Source: Candidatus Heimdallarchaeota archaeon (GTDB lineage: Archaea > Asgardarchaeota > Heimdallarchaeia > Heimdallarchaeales > Heimdallarchaeaceae). Taken from it: a DNA stretch of 64,000 nucleotides. The notes under the pieces are model-generated. The model did not search any database. It saw nothing but the letters and a program-made list of their open reading frames with translations, and was not told where the DNA came from. The stretch is from NCBI GenBank assembly GCA_030603365.1, contig JAUVXV010000004.1, positions 128,001 through 192,000 on the forward strand, given 5' to 3'. The position numbers were made by a program, and so were the translations under genes. Positions 18,514 to 28,604 of the stretch are shown here, piece after piece; the first letter of the stretch is position 1, and each line of letters starts with the position of its first letter.

Positions 18514-18609
18514 TTATTTCTCAACTCTTTCAAGTTTGAAAATTACAGGCCTTATTCCATCTGGACAAGCTTTGTAAATTATATTTTCAATGAACAGAGG
18601 ATATTGTAC
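18514..18609 (-). pseudogene. 3' remnant of a TIGR04076-like gene
   Basis: Minus strand reads VQYPLFIENIIYKACPDGIRPVIFKLERVEK* with no start codon (in-frame TAA immediately upstream); C-x-DG-x-RPV-x-FKLER is the family C-terminus as I recall it. Confidence 0.55.
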
Positions 18610-18661
18610 TTAGACAGTTATAAACCAAACGTTCAAATTTGATTTCTTCTTGTTATAGTTA

Positions 18662-19687
18662 ATGAGCATAAAAGAAGTCGATGTTCTTTGTATTTGGCAA
18701 CCGAATGACAAATTAAAAGAATATTTGGAACAAGGATTAAGCGAATATCCTCAGGTTAAACTCATCTATCCTCCAGATACACAACCGGAAACTTTCCTTA
18801 AATTAGCACCAGAGGTAGATATTATTATGGGATGGAGACCAACATTAGAATTACTTCAAACTGCAAAGAATCTGAAGTTATTCATTAATCCTGGGGCAGG
18901 AGTGCAGCATCTTATTCCTATTTTTCAGGAAGCCACAAAGGAGAAATCTATAATCCTTGTTAATGGACATGGTAATGCTTATTTTACAGCTCAACATACT
19001 GTTGCTCTTCTCCTATCATTGATGAATAAAGTCATTCTTCATCATAATTGGATGGTTGAAGGACTCTGGCGAAGAGGAGATTCTTTCGCTACTTCTATTC
19101 CACTTCGTAGTAAAACAGTAGGTTTGCTAGGTTATGGTGCTGTTAATAGAAGAGTTCACAAATTTCTTTCTGGTTTTGATATTGAATTTGCTATACTTAG
19201 GCAAGATTGGAAGAAACAAAATGAACCCCTTTGTACATCTGTAACAAAGTACGCCTTTGGTGAATTACATAGGTTTTTGGAAGAAATAGATGTATTGATT
19301 ATAGCTGTACCTTTAACCTCTAAAACTGAGGGACTAATCGGAAGAAATGAACTAAAACTCCTTGGAAAAAACAGTTTCCTTGTTAACGTTGGAAGAGGAT
19401 CTGTTATTGATGAGGCAAGCTTATACCAAGCTTTGAAAGAGAAAGAGATTGCTGGAGCAGCAATAGATGTATGGTATAATTATCAACCTGATGAATACGA
19501 ACAAGGAAAGAAATTCCCATCCAGTCAGCCGTTTTATTCTCTAGATAATGTTGTTCTATCCCCACACAGAGGTGCTTCTCCTATGGGAAATCTAAAAAGA
19601 TGGGATGAGCAGATAGAAAATATTAGCCGTTTTGCAAGAGGGGAAAAAGAGTTTATTAACATGGTTAATTTGGAGGAAGGCTACTAG
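18662..19687 (+). CDS. D-isomer specific 2-hydroxyacid dehydrogenase
   Basis: GLLGYGAV, VPLT, NVGRG, AAIDVW, SPH. Confidence 0.88.
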   Translation: MSIKEVDVLCIWQPNDKLKEYLEQGLSEYPQVKLIYPPDTQPETFLKLAPEVDIIMGWRPTLELLQTAKNLKLFINPGAGVQHLIPIFQEATKEKSIILVNGHGNAYFTAQHTVALLLSLMNKVILHHNWMVEGLWRRGDSFATSIPLRSKTVGLLGYGAVNRRVHKFLSGFDIEFAILRQDWKKQNEPLCTSVTKYAFGELHRFLEEIDVLIIAVPLTSKTEGLIGRNELKLLGKNSFLVNVGRGSVIDEASLYQALKEKEIAGAAIDVWYNYQPDEYEQGKKFPSSQPFYSLDNVVLSPHRGASPMGNLKRWDEQIENISRFARGEKEFINMVNLEEGY

Positions 19688-20261
19688 AATTTTTCCAAGT
19701 AGTATATTTCTTATTAAAGATTTTAACAAAAGGAAAAGCAAGCGAATAAATAAACAACTCAAAGAGGAAAGATCCTTTTTCAGGGGGTAAACCCTTTAAT
19801 CTACTCTCAAATGCATCTAAGGTGTTTCCTAAGAGATTTCCCATTGTAATCATTTCAATAAAAAGCTGAATATCTTTAGCTTTTTCTTCTCCATAAAATT
19901 CCAGAACCTTTTGCCATGCTTCAGTTGTATTTTTTCCTTCAGCTTCTGCATAATACTGAGCATAAGCTAAAGCTACAACTTCTTCAGGATCACAGGAACT
20001 GAAATCATTAATCATTATTTGCTCTATTTCTTCTTCACTGCATCCTATATCAAGTGCTGATTTAGTGTGACCCCACTCACAATATCTACAACCATTAACA
20101 GCTGTTACTGTTAGAATTATGCGTTTTTCAAATTGTGGACTAATACGACCTGCTTTCTTTGTTTCTCGAATCAAAGGTGTTTTTTTTATCATTCGAAATA
20201 TATCTTGAAAGAAACTTTTGAATGTGTATGATCTTTTTTTGAAATATTGAGTACCATACAT
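19665..20261 (-). CDS. AhpD/carboxymuconolactone decarboxylase family protein
   Basis: VTAVNGCRYCEWGH (CxxC-x3-H); ATG at 20261 is the likelier start; 3' end overlaps the convergent gene. Confidence 0.85.
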   Translation of the reverse strand: MYGTQYFKKRSYTFKSFFQDIFRMIKKTPLIRETKKAGRISPQFEKRIILTVTAVNGCRYCEWGHTKSALDIGCSEEEIEQIMINDFSSCDPEEVVALAYAQYYAEAEGKNTTEAWQKVLEFYGEEKAKDIQLFIEMITMGNLLGNTLDAFESRLKGLPPEKGSFLFELFIYSLAFPFVKIFNKKYTTWKNSSSLPPN

Positions 20262-20356
20262 TGAGAGAAATTTGAAACACAAGATAAAAACATCGCTATT
20301 TAGTAAAAATCATTCAATAATCAGAACTGAAATGAAAAAGAAAAGAAAAAAGAGTG

Positions 20357-21397
20357 TTAAATTTCTGGAAAATGGCAAGCAATATAGTGATTAGGTTCTA
20401 CTTCCTCAAGATCAGGAGTTACTTTAGAACAGATTTCTTGTACTTTGTAACATCTTGGATGGAATGGACATCCTGAGGGAGGATTAATTGGACTTGGAAC
20501 GTCTCCTTCCAGAATAATACGATCCATTTTCAGACGAGGATCTGTACGGGGAATAGCTGAAAGCAGTGAAACCGAATATGGGTGTCCTGTCTTTCGGAAT
20601 AATTCACCTGTTGGAGACATTTCCATTATTTTTCCAAGATACATTACTGCTACCCTATCTGAAACATGTTTGATAACACTGAGATCATGTGCAATAAACA
20701 TGAAAGTTAGATCGAAATCTCCCTGCAAGTCGTGTAATAGGTTCAGGATTTGTGCCTGTACTGAAACATCTAGAGCAGATACGGGTTCATCTAACAAAAT
20801 AACTTCAGGATGAATAGCTAATGCTCTTGCAATTCCTAATCTCTGTCTTTGCCCACCACTAAATTCGTGAGGATATCTTAAAGCATGATAATCTTCTAAT
20901 CCTACTTTAGCAAGCATTTCGAGAACCCTAGCTTCCTTTTCTTCATATAACATGTCTGGAAAATGTATGTCAAAGGGTTCTTTGATTAGATCAAGAACCA
21001 TTCTTCTTGGATTCAAACTGGAATAGGGATCTTGGAATACCATCTGAAGCTGTCTTTTAACTGTAAGTTCTTCTTCCCTAGTCATAGGTTGAAAAATATC
21101 TATTCCTTTGAAATAAACTGATCCTTCAGTTGGTTTTTCAAGCTTAACTGTAACTTTTGCAGTTGTACTTTTTCCACAACCTGATTCTCCTACAAGACCA
21201 AGAGTTTCACCTTTATTGAGGAAAAGGTTTACTCCATCTACAGCTTTTATGTGAGCTACAACTCGAGAAAATAAGATAGATTGTTGGCTAACTGGGAACC
21301 ATTTTTTCATGTTATCAATAGTAATAATTGGTTGAGTCTTTGCATCCCAGCTGGAGAATAGATCAATAGTCTCATATTCTTCAAATGTTGATGCCAT
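20357..21397 (-). CDS. oppF: Oligopeptide/dipeptide ABC transporter ATP-binding subunit (OppF-like)
   Basis: GESGCGKS, FSGGQRQR, DEPVSALD, C-terminal GCPFHPRC...ACH. Confidence 0.92.
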   Translation of the reverse strand: MASTFEEYETIDLFSSWDAKTQPIITIDNMKKWFPVSQQSILFSRVVAHIKAVDGVNLFLNKGETLGLVGESGCGKSTTAKVTVKLEKPTEGSVYFKGIDIFQPMTREEELTVKRQLQMVFQDPYSSLNPRRMVLDLIKEPFDIHFPDMLYEEKEARVLEMLAKVGLEDYHALRYPHEFSGGQRQRLGIARALAIHPEVILLDEPVSALDVSVQAQILNLLHDLQGDFDLTFMFIAHDLSVIKHVSDRVAVMYLGKIMEMSPTGELFRKTGHPYSVSLLSAIPRTDPRLKMDRIILEGDVPSPINPPSGCPFHPRCYKVQEICSKVTPDLEEVEPNHYIACHFPEI

Positions 21398-21398
21398 T

Positions 21399-22430
21399 TT
21401 AGACTTCCTCCTTTATCATTGTTCGCTCACGCATAGTTTCTTCACCTATATGAAGGTCTAATTCTTCAAAGTGATGACATGCAACTCTACGGCTCCTGCC
21501 AAAATTATGCTCAGGGGGACGAATACGAGAACAAATTTCGGTGGCATACTTGCATCTAGGATGGAATCTGCAACCTTTTGGTGGATTGATAAGTCTTGGA
21601 ACGTTACCTGGAATTGTTACCAATCGTGTTTTATCTTTCTCTAAACTTGGAATACTCTCGAAAAGTGCGTATGTATAAGGATGTGCTGGATTAAGAAATA
21701 TGTCTTCAGTATATCCTGATTCAACAACTCGACCTCCGTAGAATATGTGCACTCTTTTTGTAATTTCAGCTACTACTCCAAGATTGTGTGTAATGAGCAT
21801 CATACCTAATCCTAGCTTCTGTTGCATCTCCTTAATAATTTCAAGAACTTGTGCTTGAATTGTTACGTCCAAAGCAGTGGTGGGTTCATCAGCAATTAGT
21901 AAACTTGGTTGCAGAGCTAGTGCTCTTGCTATGAGTATTCTTTGCCTCATACCCCCACTGAATTGATGTGGGTAATCAGTTATACGGGTTTCAGGTTCAG
22001 AAATTCCAACTTGATCTAGCGATTCAATAGCTAGCTCTAATGCTTCTTTCTTACTACATTTCCTATGGAGAGCAATAACTTCTGTCATCTGATCAGCAAT
22101 CCTGAAGATAGGATTTAAGCTTGTCATAGGGTCTTGGAAAATCATAGCTATCTCTTTTCCTCTAATTCTTCGCATCTGAAGATCTGGTAATTCAAGTAGA
22201 TTTACTCCTTTGTAGATTATTTCCCCTGAAATTGTTTTTCCATTTTTAGGTAGAATTCTGAGTGTTGAATGTGCTGTCACAGTCTTGCCACAGCCAGATT
22301 CCCCTACAATTCCAACAGGTTCTCCTTTCATAACATCAAAGGATACTCCATCTAAGGCCTCTACTATACCAGATTCGGTGTAGAAATAGGTATATACATC
22401 ATTAAGTTCTAATATTGGTTTTTCGGTCAC
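21399..22430 (-). CDS. oppD: Oligopeptide/dipeptide ABC transporter ATP-binding subunit (OppD-like)
   Basis: GESGCGKT, FQDPMTSLNP, FSGGMRQR, DEPTTALD, GCRFHPRC. Confidence 0.92.
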   Translation of the reverse strand: MTEKPILELNDVYTYFYTESGIVEALDGVSFDVMKGEPVGIVGESGCGKTVTAHSTLRILPKNGKTISGEIIYKGVNLLELPDLQMRRIRGKEIAMIFQDPMTSLNPIFRIADQMTEVIALHRKCSKKEALELAIESLDQVGISEPETRITDYPHQFSGGMRQRILIARALALQPSLLIADEPTTALDVTIQAQVLEIIKEMQQKLGLGMMLITHNLGVVAEITKRVHIFYGGRVVESGYTEDIFLNPAHPYTYALFESIPSLEKDKTRLVTIPGNVPRLINPPKGCRFHPRCKYATEICSRIRPPEHNFGRSRRVACHHFEELDLHIGEETMRERTMIKEEV

Positions 22431-22436
22431 TTTGTA

Positions 22437-23699
22437 TCACTCTCTCAATCTTGGATCTAAAGCATCCCTTAATGCATCTCCTAGTAAGTTAAACGCCAAT
22501 ACTACGAAGAATATAGCGAAACCAGGAAGCAAAGCTAACTCTGGATTCGTTTTCAATACTGTTTGTGCATCATTAACCATCTGTCCCCAAGAGATTGTCG
22601 TTGGACTTCCTAAACCAAGGAAAGTCAATCCTGCTTCTGCAAGGATTCCTCCTGCGATAGAGATTGTTGCTATAACAATAATTGGTGCTAAGATATTAGG
22701 CAGAATATGAACTAAGATAATTCGCCTATTACTCGCCCCCAATACTCTTGCTGCATTAACGTAATCTAAATTGTAAATTTGCCGCGTGTTCGCACTTACT
22801 AGCCTACATAATCCCGCCCAACCGAATACACCAAGTACTACGATGATAACGATCGATTGCGGAATTTGTCTCAAGAAAACTAATCTTCCTCTTCTAATGA
22901 AGGAAACAGCTAGAATTGCAATCACAAGAAATGGTAATGCAAGAAACATATCTGTTAATCTCATGATTATTTCTTCTGTCCAACCTCTGTAATATCCTGC
23001 TAAAGCACCTAATGTAACTCCAATCAATACTGCGAGTATTGATGAGAATACTCCAACAGTTAGAGATACTTCACTTCCTGCTAATAATCTTGAGAATTCA
23101 TCTCTTCCTAGTACGTCAGTTCCTCCAGGATATTTTAAGTTAGGATTAGCGAGGGAACCTCCTCCATTCCAAGCATCGAATAAGGGTTCAGTCATTACAG
23201 GACTGAAAGGCATTATTATTGGATAAACTATTGCTAAGATAGTAATTCCAATTACAAGTACGCCAGATAATATCGCCACTTTGTTTTTACTATATCTTCT
23301 CCAAACTAGTGACCATTGGGATGGACTTCTTTCCCTTAGAGTTCCATCTTTTGCAATGATAACTTCTTTCTTAGATGTTGTTCTTTTGTAATATCCCCAT
23401 GCGAATTTGGCGCCAACCCAGATTAGGGCCAATACTACTACGAAAATGAAGTACATATACCAACCTGTTGCTGATCCAAAGCCGACATTCTTTACTGAGA
23501 CCCCAAAAAGTGGTACAATAACTCCAACTACTAATACAATACCTAAAAACTCTACAATATAATTTAGATAGTAATGTTTCCAAAGTATTGCTAGTTTGCC
23601 AACCCAAGACATTGATTTAGGTAATCTGTTTTCTACTAGATATTCGTCTAATCTTTCAGCGAAAGATAATTTTGTTGTTTCTGCTGCTACTCTTTGCAT
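22437..23699 (-). CDS. oppC: Oligopeptide ABC permease (OppC-like) with extra N-terminal TM helices
   Basis: GTDVLGRD, YVNAARVLGAS (EAA loop), HILPN, GDALRDALDPR. Confidence 0.9.
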   Translation of the reverse strand: MQRVAAETTKLSFAERLDEYLVENRLPKSMSWVGKLAILWKHYYLNYIVEFLGIVLVVGVIVPLFGVSVKNVGFGSATGWYMYFIFVVVLALIWVGAKFAWGYYKRTTSKKEVIIAKDGTLRERSPSQWSLVWRRYSKNKVAILSGVLVIGITILAIVYPIIMPFSPVMTEPLFDAWNGGGSLANPNLKYPGGTDVLGRDEFSRLLAGSEVSLTVGVFSSILAVLIGVTLGALAGYYRGWTEEIIMRLTDMFLALPFLVIAILAVSFIRRGRLVFLRQIPQSIVIIVVLGVFGWAGLCRLVSANTRQIYNLDYVNAARVLGASNRRIILVHILPNILAPIIVIATISIAGGILAEAGLTFLGLGSPTTISWGQMVNDAQTVLKTNPELALLPGFAIFFVVLAFNLLGDALRDALDPRLRE

Positions 23700-23714
23700 T
23701 TTTCATCCACCTTA

Positions 23715-26327
23715 TCATAGTTCTATTCGAGGGTCTACTGCCACATAAACAATATCTGTTATCAGATTTCCTAGTAATATTAATATTGTAAGCAATGCTG
23801 TCGTTCCCAGTATCATTGGAAAGTCTAATAGGATCACCGCGCTTACATACTTGAATCCTAATCCTGGCCACGTAAAGAGTGTTTCAGTGATTGGAGCTCC
23901 TGCAAGTGCTGTAGCTAGAAATAGTCCAATGTAAGTAACAACTGGAATTAAAACATTCCTGAAAGCATGTCTCCAAGTAATGGATCTTTCTGAAAGTCCA
24001 TTTGCTCTAGCTGATAAAATATAATCTTGTCGAAGAACCTCAAGCATTGTTGATCTAACCAATCTGGTATATAATGCAATAGATGCAAATGTTAATGCAA
24101 TGATTGGTAAGACCATATGGAGCATTGAATCTAACAATCTTTCCGACACATTCGCCCACCACGTAGACATATTCCCTGACCAGAATAAACTCCAATTCGT
24201 ATCACTGAATACTGGCATGGGTGCTGGTACACGATGAGCTTTTGCAGCTGGGAACCAGCCCAGACCATATCCACTAAATATGTAAATCAATAATAATCCA
24301 AACACAAAAATTGGCATTGAAAGACCTAATAGTGCAAATGCACTAGCTGCTGAATCAATCCATGAATTTTGATTTTTTGCTGCTAAAATTCCTAGAGGAA
24401 TTGCTATTAAGAGGGCAAACACAAATGATGCCAATTGAAGTTTTAGTGTTTCCCAAACTAATCCTCCAATCATGTCATTAATAGATTGACCAGATTGGAA
24501 GCTAGTTCCCATATCTCCGTGAAGCAGGTTGTAAAACCAAACTACAAATTGTACATAGATTGGTTGATCTAAGCCTAATTTCCGCGTCAGATTTAATCTA
24601 TCTGCTTCCGTTACTCTTTGTTTTCCTAGAAGAAGTAAAGTTACTGGGTCTCCCATTCCACTAACCATTACAAATGTCATAACACATATCGCTATGAACA
24701 GAGGAATGAGGGTCAGCAATCTTCTTGTAATATATGTTGTTAATCTTAAAGTAGCAACATTCTTAATCCATTTAATTACACCAGTCTCACCTACTCTTCT
24801 AGTCATTGTTGAATCTGAGGGTTTTTGCCAGTCAACGGGTAAGAAAATACCTGTGAGCATCACAAAGATTCCTATCACAAACAAATAGAAACCTGGTTCA
24901 ATAGTTCCTGTAAGAGCTATGTTGAAGAAAGCAGGATTCGAATCATTAGGATTAAAGGTTATCGGGCTGAAGGTTATCGCATCTTGTCCAGAAATAATCG
25001 CTTCATATCTTCCAGCAGCAATTATCATCGATCTATTCATCGCTAGAATTGCGGCTACAAGCGATGTAAGCAAGAGAATACCACCGGCTATATCGGCAAT
25101 TATACCTCTTGATTTTAACTCTCCACTTTGGAATACTTGTCCTAAAACAATCGCCATAAGAGCAAAGAGAATAGTAAACCAAACAGCAGCTGCTAAGATT
25201 ATTATGCTACTAGGTGTTTCTGCTTGTAAAAATCTTGCTTGTGTTATGTTATCTGCGCTGTCATAGGTTATGAGTCTATAATCAACACTAAAACTATATA
25301 TTTCAACAAGGTTTCCAAAACTATCTTTATTGTAACGTGGTCTCACACTATAAACTTCTAAACCTGTTCCTGATTCAGCCACATATGCATATCCATCTAT
25401 AACAAACAATGCAACTGACTCTGCAGAAGTGTTATATGAACCTGCACTTTGTAAAACAACTGGGTTAATAATTGAAACAATGTGTAACCCATAGCTTGAA
25501 TCAGTAATATAGGCGTGTTCATTATCTATATCTATCCCTTTAACATCTCCTGAAACATCATATTGATTCCCGAATATTGGGACTTCTGGATTTGTCAAGT
25601 TAACAGATTGCAATCCGAAGTTTGCACCTACAATATATGCATAATCACCTTGAACATCAACATCATACACAGGATTACCTGCTTCATATGTTCCAATTAA
25701 AGTTGGATCGGTTGGATCACTCACATTCAAGACATGTAATCCTACTGTTGAATCTACAACATATGCAACGTCCTCTTGAACTACTACGCTATTTACATCA
25801 CCAGAAATACTGTATGTGCCTTCTTGAGATGGTGTTGCTGGAGTACTTACATCAAGTATTTGTAATCCTATTGTTGAATCTACAACATAAGCATAGTCGT
25901 TTAAAACATATACATTGTTCGCACCGCCAGCGATGCTATAAGTTCCTAAACTTGTTGGTGTTGTTGGATCTGTTACATCTACAGTTTGTAACCCTGTATT
26001 GGTATCAGCAATGTAAGCAACATTATCTGCAACAAATATACCATTGGAACTACCCGTTATACTGTAAATTCCAATAATGTCTATTGTCTGTGCATCAGTT
26101 ACATTTACAATAACTAATCCTGAATCAGAATTCAAAACATATGCAAAGCCACCATCATAATAAACTGCTGTTAAATTACCTACAATGATTTGTGTATTTT
26201 CAAGTACAATGGGTTCTGGTTCTGCAGAAGTTGAATCAAAATCAAGACCATACAAAGGTACAAAAGCTGCGATAAAAATAAGAGCAAAACCAACAATTTT
26301 AAGAGAAATTGCTACACTTTTATCCAT
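23715..26327 (-). CDS. OppB-like ABC permease fused to an extracellular LVIVD-repeat domain
   Basis: C-terminal YITRRLL...GLDQP...GDMGTS...QDYILSARANGL...HAFRN...DPRI; N-terminal ~42-aa repeats AYVxD-x3-GLxIxDVS-x-P. Confidence 0.9.
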   Translation of the reverse strand: MDKSVAISLKIVGFALIFIAAFVPLYGLDFDSTSAEPEPIVLENTQIIVGNLTAVYYDGGFAYVLNSDSGLVIVNVTDAQTIDIIGIYSITGSSNGIFVADNVAYIADTNTGLQTVDVTDPTTPTSLGTYSIAGGANNVYVLNDYAYVVDSTIGLQILDVSTPATPSQEGTYSISGDVNSVVVQEDVAYVVDSTVGLHVLNVSDPTDPTLIGTYEAGNPVYDVDVQGDYAYIVGANFGLQSVNLTNPEVPIFGNQYDVSGDVKGIDIDNEHAYITDSSYGLHIVSIINPVVLQSAGSYNTSAESVALFVIDGYAYVAESGTGLEVYSVRPRYNKDSFGNLVEIYSFSVDYRLITYDSADNITQARFLQAETPSSIIILAAAVWFTILFALMAIVLGQVFQSGELKSRGIIADIAGGILLLTSLVAAILAMNRSMIIAAGRYEAIISGQDAITFSPITFNPNDSNPAFFNIALTGTIEPGFYLFVIGIFVMLTGIFLPVDWQKPSDSTMTRRVGETGVIKWIKNVATLRLTTYITRRLLTLIPLFIAICVMTFVMVSGMGDPVTLLLLGKQRVTEADRLNLTRKLGLDQPIYVQFVVWFYNLLHGDMGTSFQSGQSINDMIGGLVWETLKLQLASFVFALLIAIPLGILAAKNQNSWIDSAASAFALLGLSMPIFVFGLLLIYIFSGYGLGWFPAAKAHRVPAPMPVFSDTNWSLFWSGNMSTWWANVSERLLDSMLHMVLPIIALTFASIALYTRLVRSTMLEVLRQDYILSARANGLSERSITWRHAFRNVLIPVVTYIGLFLATALAGAPITETLFTWPGLGFKYVSAVILLDFPMILGTTALLTILILLGNLITDIVYVAVDPRIEL

Positions 26328-26676
26328 AATTTATCACTCGAGTGGAATGAATAGAATCATCTATTCTTTTATAGAAAGACTGTTGAAGTTTTTATAAATG
26401 TTGCCTAGTGTTATAAGATATAAAGAAAATGTATAGAATCTGTATTTGAGTCGGAAAATATCGAAAGTATCAACCAAATTTATTTTTCATACTGATTCTA
26501 CGCTTTTTAGAGTGTTCTTTACAAGTATATCTTAATAATTAGAATGAAAAATGTCTATCTAATCTAATAGGTAATATTATAGCAATCTGTGTTAGATAAA
26601 CAACAATTAAGCTTGGTAACAAAAAATATTTAAAGCAACCTTGAAAGAAAAAGATGACATTAGCCTATCGGTAATA

Positions 26677-26754
26677 GGGGCAGTGATCTAGCCTGGCTAT
26701 GATACCTCCTTGACGTGGAGGAAGTCGCAAGTTCGAATCTTGCCTGCCCCACCA
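26677..26754 (+). tRNA. tRNA-Val(GAC)
   Basis: GGGGCAG...CCTCC-TT GAC GT-GGAGG...GCAAG TTCGAAT CTTGC CTGCCCC A CCA. Confidence 0.95.
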
Positions 26755-26764
26755 TTCTTGATTT

Positions 26765-27679
26765 TTAACGAAACAGATTCTCAACACTTAGGTATCTCTG
26801 ACCAGTATCAGCCAGTATGGTCACGATAGTTTTATCTTTACTACTAGGACGTTGAGCAATTTTCTCTGCAGCTACACTTACTGCTCCCGAACTAATTCCT
26901 ACCAAAATCCCCTCTGTTTTTGCTATACGCCTACACATGTTAAATGCTTCTTCTTGTTTTACAAGGAAAATTTCATCAATTATCTCTTTGTCAAGTGTTT
27001 CTGGTATAAAACCTGGAGCTGTTCCCATCATTTTATGAGGATTGAAAATCCCCTTAGAAATATAGGGTGATTCGTGAGGTTCAACCGCTATAAGTTTTAC
27101 AGAGGGATTTTTTTCTTTGAGGTATCTTCCAGCTCCACAAATAGTACCTCCTGTTCCTAAACCTGCAATAAGAATATCTATTTTTCCTTCTGTATCCTGC
27201 CAAATTTCGGGACCAGTAGTAAGATAATGTGCTTTTGGATTTGATTGACTCACATGCTGTCCTACATAGAAAAAATCTGGGTTTTCTTCTAATATTTCTT
27301 TTAGTTTCTTACGCGATCCTTCTGTACCTAACTCAGCAGGGGTTAGGATTAGTTGTGCTCCCAATGCACTTAAAATCTGACGCCGTTCAATACTTTGTAT
27401 TTCAGACATAACTAAAATTGCTTTATAATTCCTGATACAAGAAATAAATGCCACTGCCATTCCAGTGTTCCCACTTGTACATTCAATAACAGTATCACCT
27501 GGTTTCAACCTACCTTCCTTTTCAGCATCTATAAAAATTTGAAGAACGGGTCTATCTTTTATGCTTAATGGGTTCATAAATTCGCATTTCCCATATATAG
27601 TGCTACTTGGAAAGGTTCTCTTCATTCTTAGAAGAGGCGTATTTCCAATAAGTTCTGATATATCTTCAATAATTCCCAT
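26765..27679 (-). CDS. cysK: Cysteine synthase (PLP-dependent, CysK/CysM family)
   Basis: IGNTPL, SIKDR, TSGNTG, GLGTGGT, GISSGA, DTGQRYLS. Confidence 0.88.
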   Translation of the reverse strand: MGIIEDISELIGNTPLLRMKRTFPSSTIYGKCEFMNPLSIKDRPVLQIFIDAEKEGRLKPGDTVIECTSGNTGMAVAFISCIRNYKAILVMSEIQSIERRQILSALGAQLILTPAELGTEGSRKKLKEILEENPDFFYVGQHVSQSNPKAHYLTTGPEIWQDTEGKIDILIAGLGTGGTICGAGRYLKEKNPSVKLIAVEPHESPYISKGIFNPHKMMGTAPGFIPETLDKEIIDEIFLVKQEEAFNMCRRIAKTEGILVGISSGAVSVAAEKIAQRPSSKDKTIVTILADTGQRYLSVENLFR

Positions 27680-27724
27680 TTTTTACTCACCATTTAATTC
27701 ATATCTTGACTTTTAGATTCATGA

Positions 27725-28561
27725 CTAAAAGACATCCAAATCATTTCCCGAAATAATTTTTCCATCATATCTTTCCTTTATTTCATCAAGAAGTTGATTT
27801 TGGGATATGCCCCAAAAGAGTTGATGATATAAGATTAATAGTTCAGGTCCTGCTCTTGAAGCTATCTCCGCTAACTCATGAGTTGATGTGTGTACGTTTT
27901 TATGATATTCTTGCCATTCTTTGGGTCTTTTTCGCAACCCATTAACAGAGTATACTTCGTGAATCAGAATATCGCATCCCTTCGCTTGTTTCTCAAGCTC
28001 TTCTGAAGGTGCTGTATCTCCAGAAATCACAATTGTTTTATCAGGAGTATAAAATTTGAAACCATATGCTGTCCAGGAACCATGATTAACAGGAAAAGCT
28101 TCCACTCTTAGATGAATATCAGAATAGATGAGACCTGGGCTAATTTCGTGAATATTAACTTGAGTTCCTTCATGATTTATAGGTTCTAAACCTTCAATTC
28201 TTTCTCTTATGTCTTCTTTGAATGCTTCAACAATGTGTTCTGTTAGGTGTTTCAACCCTTCAGGGCCATATACCTCAAGTGATTTTTTTCTACCCAAAAC
28301 CCATGGAGTAAAGATTAAATCAGGATATCCGATTGTGTGATCTGAGTGAAGATGAGTTAAAAATGCAGTTTCTATTTTTACAGGATCAATACTTGCAGCT
28401 TTAACACGCCTTATTACACCGGGACCAAAATCGACAAGATATGGTCTTTCACTAACAATTATTGCGATTGACGAACCAGATCTTTCAGGAAATGCATTGG
28501 GAGTTCCTGTTCCCAAGAGAATGATTTTCGTTTTATTGATATTCATTTCAGATTCATTCAT
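27725..28561 (-). CDS. MBL-fold metallo-hydrolase (RNase Z/AtsA-like)
   Basis: LLGTG, THLHSDH, SGDT, LIHE, HTS. Confidence 0.85.
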   Translation of the reverse strand: MNESEMNINKTKIILLGTGTPNAFPERSGSSIAIIVSERPYLVDFGPGVIRRVKAASIDPVKIETAFLTHLHSDHTIGYPDLIFTPWVLGRKKSLEVYGPEGLKHLTEHIVEAFKEDIRERIEGLEPINHEGTQVNIHEISPGLIYSDIHLRVEAFPVNHGSWTAYGFKFYTPDKTIVISGDTAPSEELEKQAKGCDILIHEVYSVNGLRKRPKEWQEYHKNVHTSTHELAEIASRAGPELLILYHQLFWGISQNQLLDEIKERYDGKIISGNDLDVF

Positions 28562-28604
28562 TAAATGGTATGTATCTTTAAAACTTAAATAGAAATCGAC
28601 TGTA

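Noticed and set aside
16272-26676. Possible tRNA-integrated island between tRNA-Asn and tRNA-Val
   Set aside because: No integrase, no duplicated tRNA 3' end seen, and no obvious composition shift
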